IMG/VR virus record: IMGVR_UViG_3300025382_000011
Coordinates: 1-52,273 of that record
Origin: a virus
Taxonomy: Duplodnaviria > Caudoviricetes
Strand: one strand, 5' to 3'
DNA length: 52,273 bases
This document shows positions 1 to 8,018 of the stretch, piece after piece. Every line of letters starts with the position of its first letter. Within the stretch, counting starts at the first letter, position 1. Both the position numbers and the translations under genes were made by a program. Below the pieces are notes generated by a model that worked only from the letters and a program-made list of their open reading frames with translations, was not told where the DNA came from and did not search any database.

Positions 1-1387
1 GGTGAATACGGAAATGCTGCAGCGCCCTTCTCGCGTTCGCAACGTATTCGTCGTTGATCTCGAGGCCAAGAACGTGTTCGGCTCCGAGGGCTTCAGCTAC
101 GCGGAGGGCCGAGCCTCCACCACATGTTGGGTCTAACAGGCGAGTGTTAGAGTCCACAAACATTGACAAGAAATGTTTTAGCACTGGCTCTGGTTTGGTG
201 TGTGGATGATGCTCCTTATTTGTTGGGTGAGAAATGGCATTGCTGACGGGTTTAACCAGCAATCTGTCTTCCCGGCTGGCAATTAGTGCTGTTTCGTAGA
301 TGCGCCTCGGCTCCCTTTTGGGATCTGGGACAATTCCAACATTGTCACTCTTGACCCAGACAAGTGGGAAGTTGCAGAACGCCAGTTGAGGGGCAAGGTC
401 GGCAAACATCTGTAAAGTTTTAGCCTGTATCGTGATGTCCCCTGAGAGCCAAAACACCAGATGCCCGCTATGTGCCATGATGTTATCGAGGTTCTCGCAT
501 AAGCAATGGATGAGTTTTTCATAAATGTCTGCCGTGTCTTGATAGCCAGATGTCGTTTGTTTGCCTGACCACTTTCCTCCAAAAACATTCACGCCATAGG
601 GAAAGTCGCAGTGGATTATATTGAAGGGCTCGCCCTTGTAGGCTGGGGCCCAGTCGAGGAAGGACTGCTGGAGGATTGAATTTTCGACCGGCGCAATGGG
701 TGGGATATTTCGGGCGCTTTTTGCGGGCGCATTGGCGGGCTTTTCCGGGGCCGTGGGCGCGTTCAAAAGATCGTCTAAGGGATCAATACCCCCTTCCCCA
801 TCGAAGGCCTCATTAGCCGCTTTTGACGCCGATGACAGGATGTTACTAACAGCATCAGCCGCCACTCGCTCGTCTTCACGGGACAGGAAATTGTAGGCTC
901 GGGTCGCCGTGTCCATGGTTCGGACGTTATCGCGGTGGAGTTCCTTGGCGATCCGGCAGCATCTTTGAACCCATGCTTGGCCATAGCCTATGTTTTCGGC
1001 GGTTTTTGCGTAGGTCCAGTCGGACTCGGAATGTTGCTGGGAAAGGACATCATGGATTGTGGCAATGGCGATGCACTGGTCCTGCCACCCAAGGTCTTTG
1101 CGGCGCAAATTTTCTTCGAGTTCGACAATGCGTTGCTCGGTAGGGGAGAGGTCTGTCAAGAGCCTTGCAGGGATGTCGGGAAGGCCGAGCTTCCGGCTGG
1201 CCGTGTAACGCCGTTCACCTGCGATTAGTTTGTAGGGTTGCTGGGCGGGGCCTTCTTCCGCCACCACAATAATCGGGACCAGCACACCACGTCTGGGAAT
1301 GCTTTCGAGGAGATCATCAATCACAATCTCCTTGCGCTGGCGGGTGCCGCGATCAATCCAAATGTCTTTGAGAGCAATGCTGGTCAT
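1..1387 (-). CDS. ParB-like domain + HTH + beta-class DNA amino-methyltransferase fusion (3'-truncated at window edge)
   Basis: Not in the ORF track because it has no stop in the window. Manual translation from ATG 1387 gives MTSIALKDIWIDRGTRQRKE..VLVPIIV..KLIAGERRYTA..ELEENLRRKDL (ParB), WTYAKTAENIGYGQAWVQRC (HTH), IIHCDFPYG (motif IV-like), HPHTKPEPVL and LLDPTCGGGS (motif I). The frame is open to base 2. Confidence 0.85.
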   Translation of the reverse strand, partial: MTSIALKDIWIDRGTRQRKEIVIDDLLESIPRRGVLVPIIVVAEEGPAQQPYKLIAGERRYTASRKLGLPDIPARLLTDLSPTEQRIVELEENLRRKDLGWQDQCIAIATIHDVLSQQHSESDWTYAKTAENIGYGQAWVQRCCRIAKELHRDNVRTMDTATRAYNFLSREDERVAADAVSNILSSASKAANEAFDGEGGIDPLDDLLNAPTAPEKPANAPAKSARNIPPIAPVENSILQQSFLDWAPAYKGEPFNIIHCDFPYGVNVFGGKWSGKQTTSGYQDTADIYEKLIHCLCENLDNIMAHSGHLVFWLSGDITIQAKTLQMFADLAPQLAFCNFPLVWVKSDNVGIVPDPKREPRRIYETALIASREDRLLVKPVSNAISHPTNKEHHPHTKPEPVLKHFLSMFVDSNTRLLDPTCGGGSALRVAEALGAEHVLGLEINDEYVANARRALQHFRIH

Positions 1388-1409
1388 GTTGGCCTTCTGG
1401 GGTTTGAGT

Positions 1410-1439
1410 AGAGGGGGCAAATGGCTCCTCGCCCCCTCT
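1410..1439 (-). terminator. GC-rich hairpin (possible terminator or processing site)
   Basis: agagggggc...gccccctct 9-bp stem between the SSB-like gene and the ParB-MTase. No clear U-tract. Confidence 0.4.
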
Positions 1440-1459
1440 GTGATTAATAGGCGTAAGCC

Positions 1460-1897
1460 TTATGCCTCACCTTTTACCGACTTGATGTTGTTGCGTGGCG
1501 GATCGTCAGGGCGTTCTGGATTGAAACGCTGCGTGACATACGCGATCACGCTCTGACCAACTGCCTCTGGGATCAGTTCGTCGAACGAACCTCCGTCGGT
1601 TTTAAGGCCGAGAGAAACAAGGAACTCCTTGAGTCTCCAACGGGCGTCTGGTGTGAGGTAGAAGTCCGTGGAGAGCTTGCGAGATGCGAGGTCGATGTCT
1701 GCAAGGTCCTTTGGATCTACGTCGTCTGAGGTTGAGTGAAATTTAAGAGCAAAACGAACGTAAGGGGTCTTGTTTTTGTTGTTGTCTCCGTATTCGAAGG
1801 ATGAGATTGTTCCGTGGTAAGTTCCTTCTGGAAGGGCTGATGGTGCTTTTACGTCATCGAGTTTGGTTGATAAGAGGTCTTTGAAGTTTACAGACAT
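1460..1897 (-). CDS. DUF669-like putative single-stranded DNA-binding protein
   Basis: ALPEGTYHGTI..KTPYVRFALK..DFYLT..WRLKEFL pattern. It lies downstream of an AAA ATPase and an exonuclease, the usual Sak4-type module order. Confidence 0.65.
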   Translation of the reverse strand: MSVNFKDLLSTKLDDVKAPSALPEGTYHGTISSFEYGDNNKNKTPYVRFALKFHSTSDDVDPKDLADIDLASRKLSTDFYLTPDARWRLKEFLVSLGLKTDGGSFDELIPEAVGQSVIAYVTQRFNPERPDDPPRNNIKSVKGEA

Positions 1898-1952
1898 ACA
1901 TTTTCTCCATTAAAATAGACCCAGTGATGGGCCAACATTAACGCCACTGGCG

Positions 1953-2756
1953 TTAATTCCTTACCGCCTTGAAGTAATCGGCTAAGCCGGACTCAAGCGG
2001 ATAACTCTGCGCTACCTTCGAGGGCGCTGTATTTTTGCACTCAATAGTGCCTTGTGATGTCGTGAAGATCTGGCGTTTGAGATTTGCCCCACGACCAGAA
2101 CTTTGAGCAAGCAGAACCGTGTTGAAATAACGACCGACTTTTGGCGGGAGTGCTTTGCCTAAAGTGTTGGGATAGTAACGCTCCGGCCCTGAGTCGTCCC
2201 CCATCGGTTTGATATGGCAATTTATAATCACATTGCACTTGACTCCCTCGTCATAGAGCATTCGCAAAAGGTTTTCGACAAGTGCTTGCGCGAGTCCCCA
2301 ATCGGCTTGATGCGGGTGCTGGCCAAGGCGTCCGTTCATGGCGAGGATGTAGGATAAAGCGGCATCAGAAAGCATGGTCAGGGAGTCAATCACAAGGACT
2401 GTGTTGTCGTCCCATGTGGTGATGGAGCCAAGGCTGCGGTCCCCATCTTTCCAATCGCCTAGCATCCCGGCGACACGCTGCCAGACAGATGCCTTGGCGG
2501 GCACCAACTTGCCGCCTTGGTTCTTCATGGGCTCGGTAATGGTGACATACTCGACGTTCTCAATGGCGTCTTTTGAATATTTCCCGTTGGTCAGGAGGTC
2601 GCGTAGGACATCCACTCCATTGTCAAGGTCAAGAATGCGAACCTTAAAGCCAGCGGATGCAAGGCTGGCCAATGCGCCGGTCTTTCCCGCTCCGCTATCG
2701 CCAACGAAAAGCAGCTTTGTGGTTGTGGATGAATGATGTTGTGAAAGTGGAGGCAT
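1953..2756 (-). CDS. AAA_24/Sak4-like P-loop ATPase (recombination)
   Basis: Walker A GDSGAGKT, ILDLDNG, Walker B LVIDSLT. Start set at MPPLSQ (2756). Confidence 0.8.
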   Translation of the reverse strand: MPPLSQHHSSTTTKLLFVGDSGAGKTGALASLASAGFKVRILDLDNGVDVLRDLLTNGKYSKDAIENVEYVTITEPMKNQGGKLVPAKASVWQRVAGMLGDWKDGDRSLGSITTWDDNTVLVIDSLTMLSDAALSYILAMNGRLGQHPHQADWGLAQALVENLLRMLYDEGVKCNVIINCHIKPMGDDSGPERYYPNTLGKALPPKVGRYFNTVLLAQSSGRGANLKRQIFTTSQGTIECKNTAPSKVAQSYPLESGLADYFKAVRN

Positions 2757-2757
2757 G

Positions 2758-2832
2758 TTATTGGTTCCATAAAGCTGCGAGGGTGATGGTGATGACGAAA
2801 GTGCCAACAAGAACGATGATAAGATCGATCAA
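2758..2832 (-). CDS. possible 24-aa membrane peptide
   Basis: TTG start overlaps the upstream stop (TTGA). Translation (M)IDLIIVLVGTFVITITLAALWNQ fills the intergenic gap exactly. Confidence 0.4.
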   Translation of the reverse strand: MIDLIIVLVGTFVITITLAALWNQ

Positions 2833-3767
2833 ATGTCACCTCGGACTTGGAGAGGGTCCCAGATCCGTTGGGTGAAGTCGGCCTTGAGCCATTCCTTTCG
2901 GACAGAAGGTGGAAGGCTGCATATTTTGCGGAACGGACAACCGCCATACTGGCCACATGATTTGTCGTTCATCGGCCAGTAGCCATTGGCGGCATACAAC
3001 TCTGCGGTCGCAAGGTATTGGCCGAGATCGTAATACCATTCTTCTAGGACTGGTTCGGACCTTGGGACTGTGCCTCGCAAAAAGCGTGTGAATGATTGTG
3101 CGATCTGTGCGCCGTCAACAATGATCCCTTCGATCTGGATGTTGTAAACAACCTTCCCGGCGATAGCGTAAAGGGTCATCTGGTTGTCGGGGGAGAACTT
3201 GTCGAAGAAGGAAGAATTGATTGTGGATTTTGTGGTCTTGCGGTCAAGCACGAAGGCCTTGCCATTCAGCATTGCTAAACGGTCCAAATGCCCGCACAAA
3301 AGAATGCTCTCGCCGTGAGACGTTGTGTAACCACTGTCAAAGCGGAACGATAATTCAACCGCTGGTTTGCCGTTGGCAAGGCGAACTGTTTCGATAGGAT
3401 CGTCGGCGAATTGCAGCAAATACCACACAACCGAGCGCAAAAGTGTGAGCCTGTTTTTGTTTGGATCGTCTGAGATCCACGGACGATTTTTCTTCTCGTC
3501 CCATGTAATTGTCAACACATACTTCACGACTTCACGAAGTGCTTGGTCGTAATCCATGCCGCCAAAACGCAGATGGTCGTATTTCTCAAGGGCCGAATGG
3601 AAATGCAGCCCGAAGGTTAGGTGAACGCTGATCTCGCGTGGTTGCCAGCCCTCAAGTATCGAAAGCTGATACAAGCGTGGGCATGTCTTGAATGCCCCGA
3701 TGGATGTTGAGTCCCATGCGAATTGGAAGTTAGGGGATATTTTGGAGAGTGAATTGTTGGTGGTCAT
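2829..3767 (-). CDS. PD-(D/E)XK Cas4/AddB-like exonuclease with 4-Cys Fe-S staple
   Basis: N-terminal CPR, GHLDRL..VLDRKTT, QMTLY and C-terminal CGQYGGCPFRKIC. Confidence 0.85.
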   Translation of the reverse strand: MTTNNSLSKISPNFQFAWDSTSIGAFKTCPRLYQLSILEGWQPREISVHLTFGLHFHSALEKYDHLRFGGMDYDQALREVVKYVLTITWDEKKNRPWISDDPNKNRLTLLRSVVWYLLQFADDPIETVRLANGKPAVELSFRFDSGYTTSHGESILLCGHLDRLAMLNGKAFVLDRKTTKSTINSSFFDKFSPDNQMTLYAIAGKVVYNIQIEGIIVDGAQIAQSFTRFLRGTVPRSEPVLEEWYYDLGQYLATAELYAANGYWPMNDKSCGQYGGCPFRKICSLPPSVRKEWLKADFTQRIWDPLQVRGDI

Positions 3768-3781
3768 GGGGAGTCCCTGAC

Positions 3782-3985
3782 TTAGTTGGTGGAATGTTGG
3801 CCGCTGCCGGTCTGAATGAACCGATAGCCTTGCTTTAATTTTGCGTCGATAAGTGAGGACCGCTCGTGAATTTTTAGCGTGTATTGAATTAAACGCTCGA
3901 GTTGCTCACAGGCTTCGTCTCCCATCCACGTCCCTGCTTGATGACGCAGAGAGTCAATGAGTTCTTGTAGTTCTGAAGATGTCAT
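3782..3985 (-). CDS. hypothetical protein
   Basis: ORF with AAGGAG RBS, tiles the operon. Confidence 0.65.
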   Translation of the reverse strand: MTSSELQELIDSLRHQAGTWMGDEACEQLERLIQYTLKIHERSSLIDAKLKQGYRFIQTGSGQHSTN

Positions 3986-4006
3986 GCCAAGGGCTCCTTT
4001 GGCGGT

Positions 4007-4285
4007 TTAATCTAGGCCTGAGAGTAATTCATCAACGGATAGTTTTGGTTTCGGACCTTTTGCGGGAGCTTTCCGCTCCTTCTTGACTTTTGGCGTTGCT
4101 TCTTGCTGTGCGAACTTTTCGCGTTGGGCACGAAGGTATGAAATGATTTGATCTGCTTCTGCGTCGGAAATTTGCGGCGCACGGTTCATAAGTTCTTCGA
4201 GGGAGAATTCTGATGCCTCCTCGAGCGGGTCGATGTTAGGTGATAAGTTCTCCGACTGAGGGGTCGAATTTGACTGGTTTGGCAT
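4007..4285 (-). CDS. hypothetical protein (acidic C-terminal VDELL motif)
   Basis: ORF tiles the operon. The true start may be internal because it overlaps the upstream gene by 50 nt. Confidence 0.65.
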   Translation of the reverse strand: MPNQSNSTPQSENLSPNIDPLEEASEFSLEELMNRAPQISDAEADQIISYLRAQREKFAQQEATPKVKKERKAPAKGPKPKLSVDELLSGLD

Positions 4286-4457
4286 TTGACTTCTTCTCCA
4301 GATGGGAAAGGTAAGAATGGATGATTAGGCGTAGTGCTTTGGAGCGCCCGACCGTGCGGTGCCCCTGTCTGCAGAAAAGCGCGTCAATTCGTTCAAGATC
4401 CTTTGTAAAAATGTGGAAGTGAATTTTCGTGGTTTCGTCTTCGAGCCTCGCGCCCAT
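4236..4457 (-). CDS. small putative DNA-binding protein (ribbon-helix-helix-like)
   Basis: TTKIHFHIFTKDLERIDALF...RSKALRLIIHSYL has a strand-helix-helix pattern. Confidence 0.5.
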   Translation of the reverse strand: MGARLEDETTKIHFHIFTKDLERIDALFCRQGHRTVGRSKALRLIIHSYLSHLEKKSNAKPVKFDPSVGELIT

Positions 4458-4458
4458 T

Positions 4459-4749
4459 TCATTCGTCTCCGAGAAGGTCGGCTAGGGAGTAAAGAGGTCC
4501 GTCGCCTTGGGGGTTTTGTTTAATTGGCTGCGCCTGTGGCGCATTGGGATGGCGCAAAGTGTCGTTTTTAACTATCCAGATATGATTGTGGGATGAGGGA
4601 GATTTGAAGATTTGGATGATTTCGAGGTCAGGATCTTTACGTTTTGCTGCGTATAACCTTTGCAGAGATACTTGATAGTTTCCGAGAAGCTCGACTTCTA
4701 TCCCAAAGTCAGAATGGTAGGCTTCGTAGAGGAGTTCAGCTTCACGCAT
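4459..4749 (-). CDS. hypothetical protein
   Basis: ORF tiles the operon and ends SLADLLGDE. Confidence 0.65.
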   Translation of the reverse strand: MREAELLYEAYHSDFGIEVELLGNYQVSLQRLYAAKRKDPDLEIIQIFKSPSSHNHIWIVKNDTLRHPNAPQAQPIKQNPQGDGPLYSLADLLGDE

Positions 4750-4772
4750 TAAAAGGCCATTAGGTTAGTGTA

Positions 4773-4798
4773 AAAGGAGGGGAGCCCGAAAGCTCCCC
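4773..4798 (-). terminator. rho-independent terminator
   Basis: On the - strand ggggagc-tttcgg-gctcccc is followed by tcctttt. Confidence 0.6.
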
Positions 4799-4854
4799 CC
4801 AAGGGCAGGGGCGGGAGGTATATGCCCCTGTTTTCAAGGAGTCGAACCTTGAAA

Positions 4855-5328
4855 CTATGCCGCCTCGTCCAAGAGGTCGTCGAGAAGATCCCCGGCGATT
4901 TTACGGCTTGAGTCGATGCGTCTTGCAGCTTCTTCACGAATTTCCGGCTTATGCTCAAGAACTTTCGTAACGTATTCTGCGATTTGTTCTGCGCTGTAAT
5001 CTGCGGGATTACCGCCCTTCTTTCTGATCGCTGCGAACACTTGTTCCTTTGCGATTTTGTTCGCCTCTTTGGCGACGGGATCAGCAGCATTTTTAGGTGT
5101 GCGGATTGAGAAAGCGTAGTTGTCAGCGAACTGCTGGAACATTTTCTCAACTTTGGAGTGATCTTCTTTGTCATCGAGCTTTTTGAGCTTGGACATTAGA
5201 GATGTGCGGATGCTGTCGGCAAAGACTTGGTTGAGCTTTTCAGCTTCGGCTGCGGTCAGCACATAACCTTCTTCATAAGGCTGGGCGACGGTGACTGTGA
5301 TTTCATGGGGAAGATTAAGTGTGCGCAT
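4855..5328 (-). CDS. phage hypothetical protein
   Basis: Start MRTLNLP follows an AAAGGAG RBS and has its own sigma70-like promoter. Ends DLLDDLLDEAA. Confidence 0.75.
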   Translation of the reverse strand: MRTLNLPHEITVTVAQPYEEGYVLTAAEAEKLNQVFADSIRTSLMSKLKKLDDKEDHSKVEKMFQQFADNYAFSIRTPKNAADPVAKEANKIAKEQVFAAIRKKGGNPADYSAEQIAEYVTKVLEHKPEIREEAARRIDSSRKIAGDLLDDLLDEAA

Positions 5329-5358
5329 CAAAAAGGCTCCTTTGTTTGTGCGTTGTAT

Positions 5359-5387
5359 ATAGTGCCATAAAGTTAAACCCATTGCAA
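5359..5387 (-). promoter_or_regulatory. sigma70-type promoter with a TGGGTTTAAC half-site in the spacer
   Basis: - strand TTGCAA-N17-CACTAT. Confidence 0.6.
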
Positions 5388-5415
5388 GAAAATAATCGTG
5401 CGCTGGGGGAAAAAG

Positions 5416-5452
5416 TTAAACCCACTCGAGACTCAGTATAAGATGGGTCTAA
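5416..5452 (+). repeat. dispersed bipartite element, copy 1
   Basis: ttaaaccca-ctcgag-actcagtat-aaga-tgggtctaa; 31/37 identical to 48536-48572. Confidence 0.8.
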
Positions 5453-5835
5453 AGCCCATACCACTTACACATCATATAAACTCTCCCCGGCTTTTTCTTC
5501 TGCGCAGGGCGCTCACTCGGCGGGGCGATTTGATCGAGCTTTTTATCACCTTTGGGAATTTCCCTTTGGATTTGTGCTTGGGCTTTCCGGGCTTCTGCCT
5601 TTTCGTTTTTCTTCTTACGTCGATACGCAGCACGTCTGATCCTCTGGGCCTCTCGGTATTCTGGGTCATTCGCCATTCTCTTTCTGTGCGAGGCGTTTCG
5701 GCGTAAGCGACGGCCTTCCATTAGCGCCAACTTGCGCTCCGCTTCTTTTTGCTTTGCGGAGTCGGTGGAGTCGTCCGGCAACGGCGCATCTGGTGATGGA
5801 GAATTTGATGGCGATTTGGGTGTAGGAAAGTCCAT
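5449..5835 (-). CDS. basic helical protein, possibly the frameshifted C-terminal part of the GcrA-like gene
   Basis: Arg/Lys-rich helix. Overlaps 5666-5920 by 170 nt in the +1 frame. True start uncertain. Confidence 0.5.
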   Translation of the reverse strand: MDFPTPKSPSNSPSPDAPLPDDSTDSAKQKEAERKLALMEGRRLRRNASHRKRMANDPEYREAQRIRRAAYRRKKKNEKAEARKAQAQIQREIPKGDKKLDQIAPPSERPAQKKKPGRVYMMCKWYGL

Positions 5836-5920
5836 TGTTTAAGCTCCGCTCAAGCTCTGCGTCGAGTTCGGGGGTCCATTTGATGTTGACAGGAACACGG
5901 GTGATGTCTTCTGGGCTCAT
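5666..5920 (-). CDS. GcrA-like HTH regulator
   Basis: WTPELDAELERSLNNGLSYTQIAIKFSITRCAVAGRLHRL matches the GcrA N-terminal consensus (WT.E....L..L...G.S...IA..LG.TRNAVIGK.HRL). Confidence 0.75.
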   Translation of the reverse strand: MSPEDITRVPVNIKWTPELDAELERSLNNGLSYTQIAIKFSITRCAVAGRLHRLRKAKRSGAQVGANGRPSLTPKRLAQKENGE

Positions 5921-6120
5921 GTGTGGGCTCGACGGATTGCAGATGCGACGTTGTTTGAAGGGTCAAGTGCCTCGGCGTGTCTCGCGCATTCCTCACGGAT
6001 CTGGGGCTCGATGTAATCGAAGGCGATCTCGGCAAGGTCCTTCATGGTGAAATATGTTGGAGCGTCGTCGAAGAATGTAGCGAGACGCAGGATGAGTGCT
6101 TCTTTTTCACCTTTGGTCAT
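5917..6120 (-). CDS. hypothetical protein
   Basis: ATGA-coupled to its neighbours, GGAG RBS. Confidence 0.65.
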   Translation of the reverse strand: MTKGEKEALILRLATFFDDAPTYFTMKDLAEIAFDYIEPQIREECARHAEALDPSNNVASAIRRAHT

Positions 6121-6328
6121 TGCACCTCTCCATCGCGGCGAGTTTGAGCTTGTGGTTGATGATCGTGAATTTGTTCGAGATCGTGTTGATGCTGGCCTTG
6201 TAGTGCGCGGCGATTTGTTTGTGCGTTAGGCCGTCGCGTTTGAGATCGAGAAGGGCTTGCTCGTAGTCTGTAAGTTCGGCGGGGTCTTTGTAGAGCCGGG
6301 ACTGCGTGTCTGTTCGGACATTGTTCAT
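6107..6328 (-). CDS. LuxR/sigma region 4-like HTH protein
   Basis: LTDYEQALLDLKRDGLTHKQIAAHYKASINTISNKF. Confidence 0.65.
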   Translation of the reverse strand: MNNVRTDTQSRLYKDPAELTDYEQALLDLKRDGLTHKQIAAHYKASINTISNKFTIINHKLKLAAMERCNDQR

Positions 6329-6519
6329 TTGTGAAGCTCCTTGATGGCTGCGATAAGCGCCGCTTTGCGTTCCTCAATTTTCATCTTTCCGACAATATAC
6401 GGATCGTAGGGATCGAAGTCTGCGATGATCTTTGCAACTGCGTGTAACGCATCGTTGTAACCTGCCTCATAAAAGATTTTGAGAAGTGTGCCTTTTGATG
6501 TTGCGGAGTTTGACATCAA
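6325..6519 (-). CDS. hypothetical protein
   Basis: ORF overlapping start/stop with both neighbours. Confidence 0.6.
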   Translation of the reverse strand: MMSNSATSKGTLLKIFYEAGYNDALHAVAKIIADFDPYDPYIVGKMKIEERKAALIAAIKELHK

Positions 6520-6623
6520 TAATCTCCGCTCAAAAGCAGGTGAACAATGTATGCCACGCCTCCTGCAAAGAAGATGATCGCAGCATAAATGGCAATTTCG
6601 TTTAAGAGCGCGTCGTCGATCAT
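6516..6623 (-). CDS. small single-pass membrane protein
   Basis: ATGA-coupled start at 6623: MIDDALLNEIAIYAAIIFFAGGVAYIVHLLLSGDY. Confidence 0.55.
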   Translation of the reverse strand: MIDDALLNEIAIYAAIIFFAGGVAYIVHLLLSGDY

Positions 6624-7228
6624 GCGTTGTATCTCGAAACTGTCGCGTTCCACACAGGGGAAAGCGCGAGCTTTGTCGGGTCTTGTGCGTCTTGGGTTAT
6701 GAACTGCGTTGCGACAGGGCCGACGCCAAGCGCCATCCAATAGCGAGCCCCCGTAGCGGGTTTTCCGTTCCATGATTGGAGATAAGAGAACACAAGCACG
6801 TCTGAATAGTTTTGCGTTGACGCCATGTAGTTTGGAAGGTGTTGCTCAAAGCTCACAATTTGTTCGCCGTTGCTGAATGCTGGCGGGGAGCATTTTAGAA
6901 AGTCAAACTTTGGTTTGTTCTCATATGTTGAGGTTATGGCTTGGAATTCGCCCCATCCAATCGCAGGTGAGAGAACGACCTTTTTGTTGTTCGGGTAGTC
7001 ATCGCGCCATTCGGCAATCCCAAAGCCTGGGTTGTAACGGTAATACCAGCGGTTCAACCATGTGCCCACTGCGTCATAGTTATTGTAGAGCATTGAGTCA
7101 GAGCCGGTGTCGTAGGAGAAGACACTGGTAAAGTTTGGGGCACCTTCGGCCTTGTAATCGAAACGTCTAAGCTCATGCGTTTTGAAAAGCGGCCAGTAAG
7201 CCGGGACGAAAAGTGGACTATTCGCCAT
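6620..7228 (-). CDS. hypothetical protein (aromatic-rich)
   Basis: 202-aa ORF in the operon; no family recognised. Confidence 0.7.
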   Translation of the reverse strand: MANSPLFVPAYWPLFKTHELRRFDYKAEGAPNFTSVFSYDTGSDSMLYNNYDAVGTWLNRWYYRYNPGFGIAEWRDDYPNNKKVVLSPAIGWGEFQAITSTYENKPKFDFLKCSPPAFSNGEQIVSFEQHLPNYMASTQNYSDVLVFSYLQSWNGKPATGARYWMALGVGPVATQFITQDAQDPTKLALSPVWNATVSRYNA

Positions 7229-7478
7229 AATAATATCCCCCTGTCACTGGGCCGTAAGACGAGCCCTCATAAGCGCCGTTTGATCCGTAGTAATTTGTTG
7301 AGCCGGAATTGGAATAGGAGTTCCCTAAGTATGCACCATTCTGGCCGTAGTAATTTGTCGCTCCGTTGTTGGAATAGGCGCTCCCTTTGTATGCGCCATT
7401 TGGCCCGTAGAAGTTTGTTTCTTGCGCATTGGCGGAATTGCATAGCAGCACTACGCAAATTGTTAAAGTCCTAAACAT
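7218..7478 (-). CDS. secreted protein with three 20-aa repeats
   Basis: Signal peptide MFRTLTICVVLLCNSANA, then 3x TN(F/Y)YG.NGAY.G.(A/S)Y. Confidence 0.7.
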   Translation of the reverse strand: MFRTLTICVVLLCNSANAQETNFYGPNGAYKGSAYSNNGATNYYGQNGAYLGNSYSNSGSTNYYGSNGAYEGSSYGPVTGGYYYGE

Positions 7479-8018
7479 TTACGCTCCTTTTGTGCAACGT
7501 GATGGTTTGATTGCTTTTAAGCCGAAACCAAACATAACTTCTCCTAAAGAGCAATAAGTTATGTCGAAGTCTGCTTTGTAAATGTAGCGAAAGTCAGACA
7601 TCGGAGTGATCCCGACCTCTGCGTCGTATTTGGGTTGATGAAGAAAGCCCAGACTTTCTGGTTGGATCGTGCGGGTGTGAGACGGATCGCCCCAAGCCCA
7701 AACGCTTTGCCAGTTCGGCACGGTTGCGAAAAGTTGCCCGTCAGGTTTGAGGATGCGCCAGAGGTCTGAGAATTGCGCGAAGAAGAATTTGTAATCCCCT
7801 TGCGCTCCTGTGTGTTCAAGGACTTCGTAAGCATGGATCTCGTCGAAAGTGTCGTCAGGAAATGGGAGCGGGAGAGACATGAGGTCGTGTATAACATCGG
7901 GCGCGTGGTCTGGATTGATGTCAAGTGTGGTGAGGGCCGTGAAGGTTGGGGTTTCCGGCATGTGGATGAGTTTATCTCTACGTGATCCGCATCCGATTAA
8001 AAGCTCACGATAGCTCAT
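7479..8018 (-). CDS. class I SAM-dependent methyltransferase (Methyltransf_11-like)
   Basis: LLIGCG, TLDINPD, PLPFPDDTFDEIHAYEVLEH, WRILKPDG, WGDPSH. ATGA-coupled start at 8018. Confidence 0.8.
   Translation of the reverse strand: MSYRELLIGCGSRRDKLIHMPETPTFTALTTLDINPDHAPDVIHDLMSLPLPFPDDTFDEIHAYEVLEHTGAQGDYKFFFAQFSDLWRILKPDGQLFATVPNWQSVWAWGDPSHTRTIQPESLGFLHQPKYDAEVGITPMSDFRYIYKADFDITYCSLGEVMFGFGLKAIKPSRCTKGA

Noticed and set aside
4832-4856. Possible tRNA or attP (GGTTCGACTCC)
   Set aside because: No D arm, anticodon arm or acceptor stem; the upstream sequence is coding; no integrase seen.
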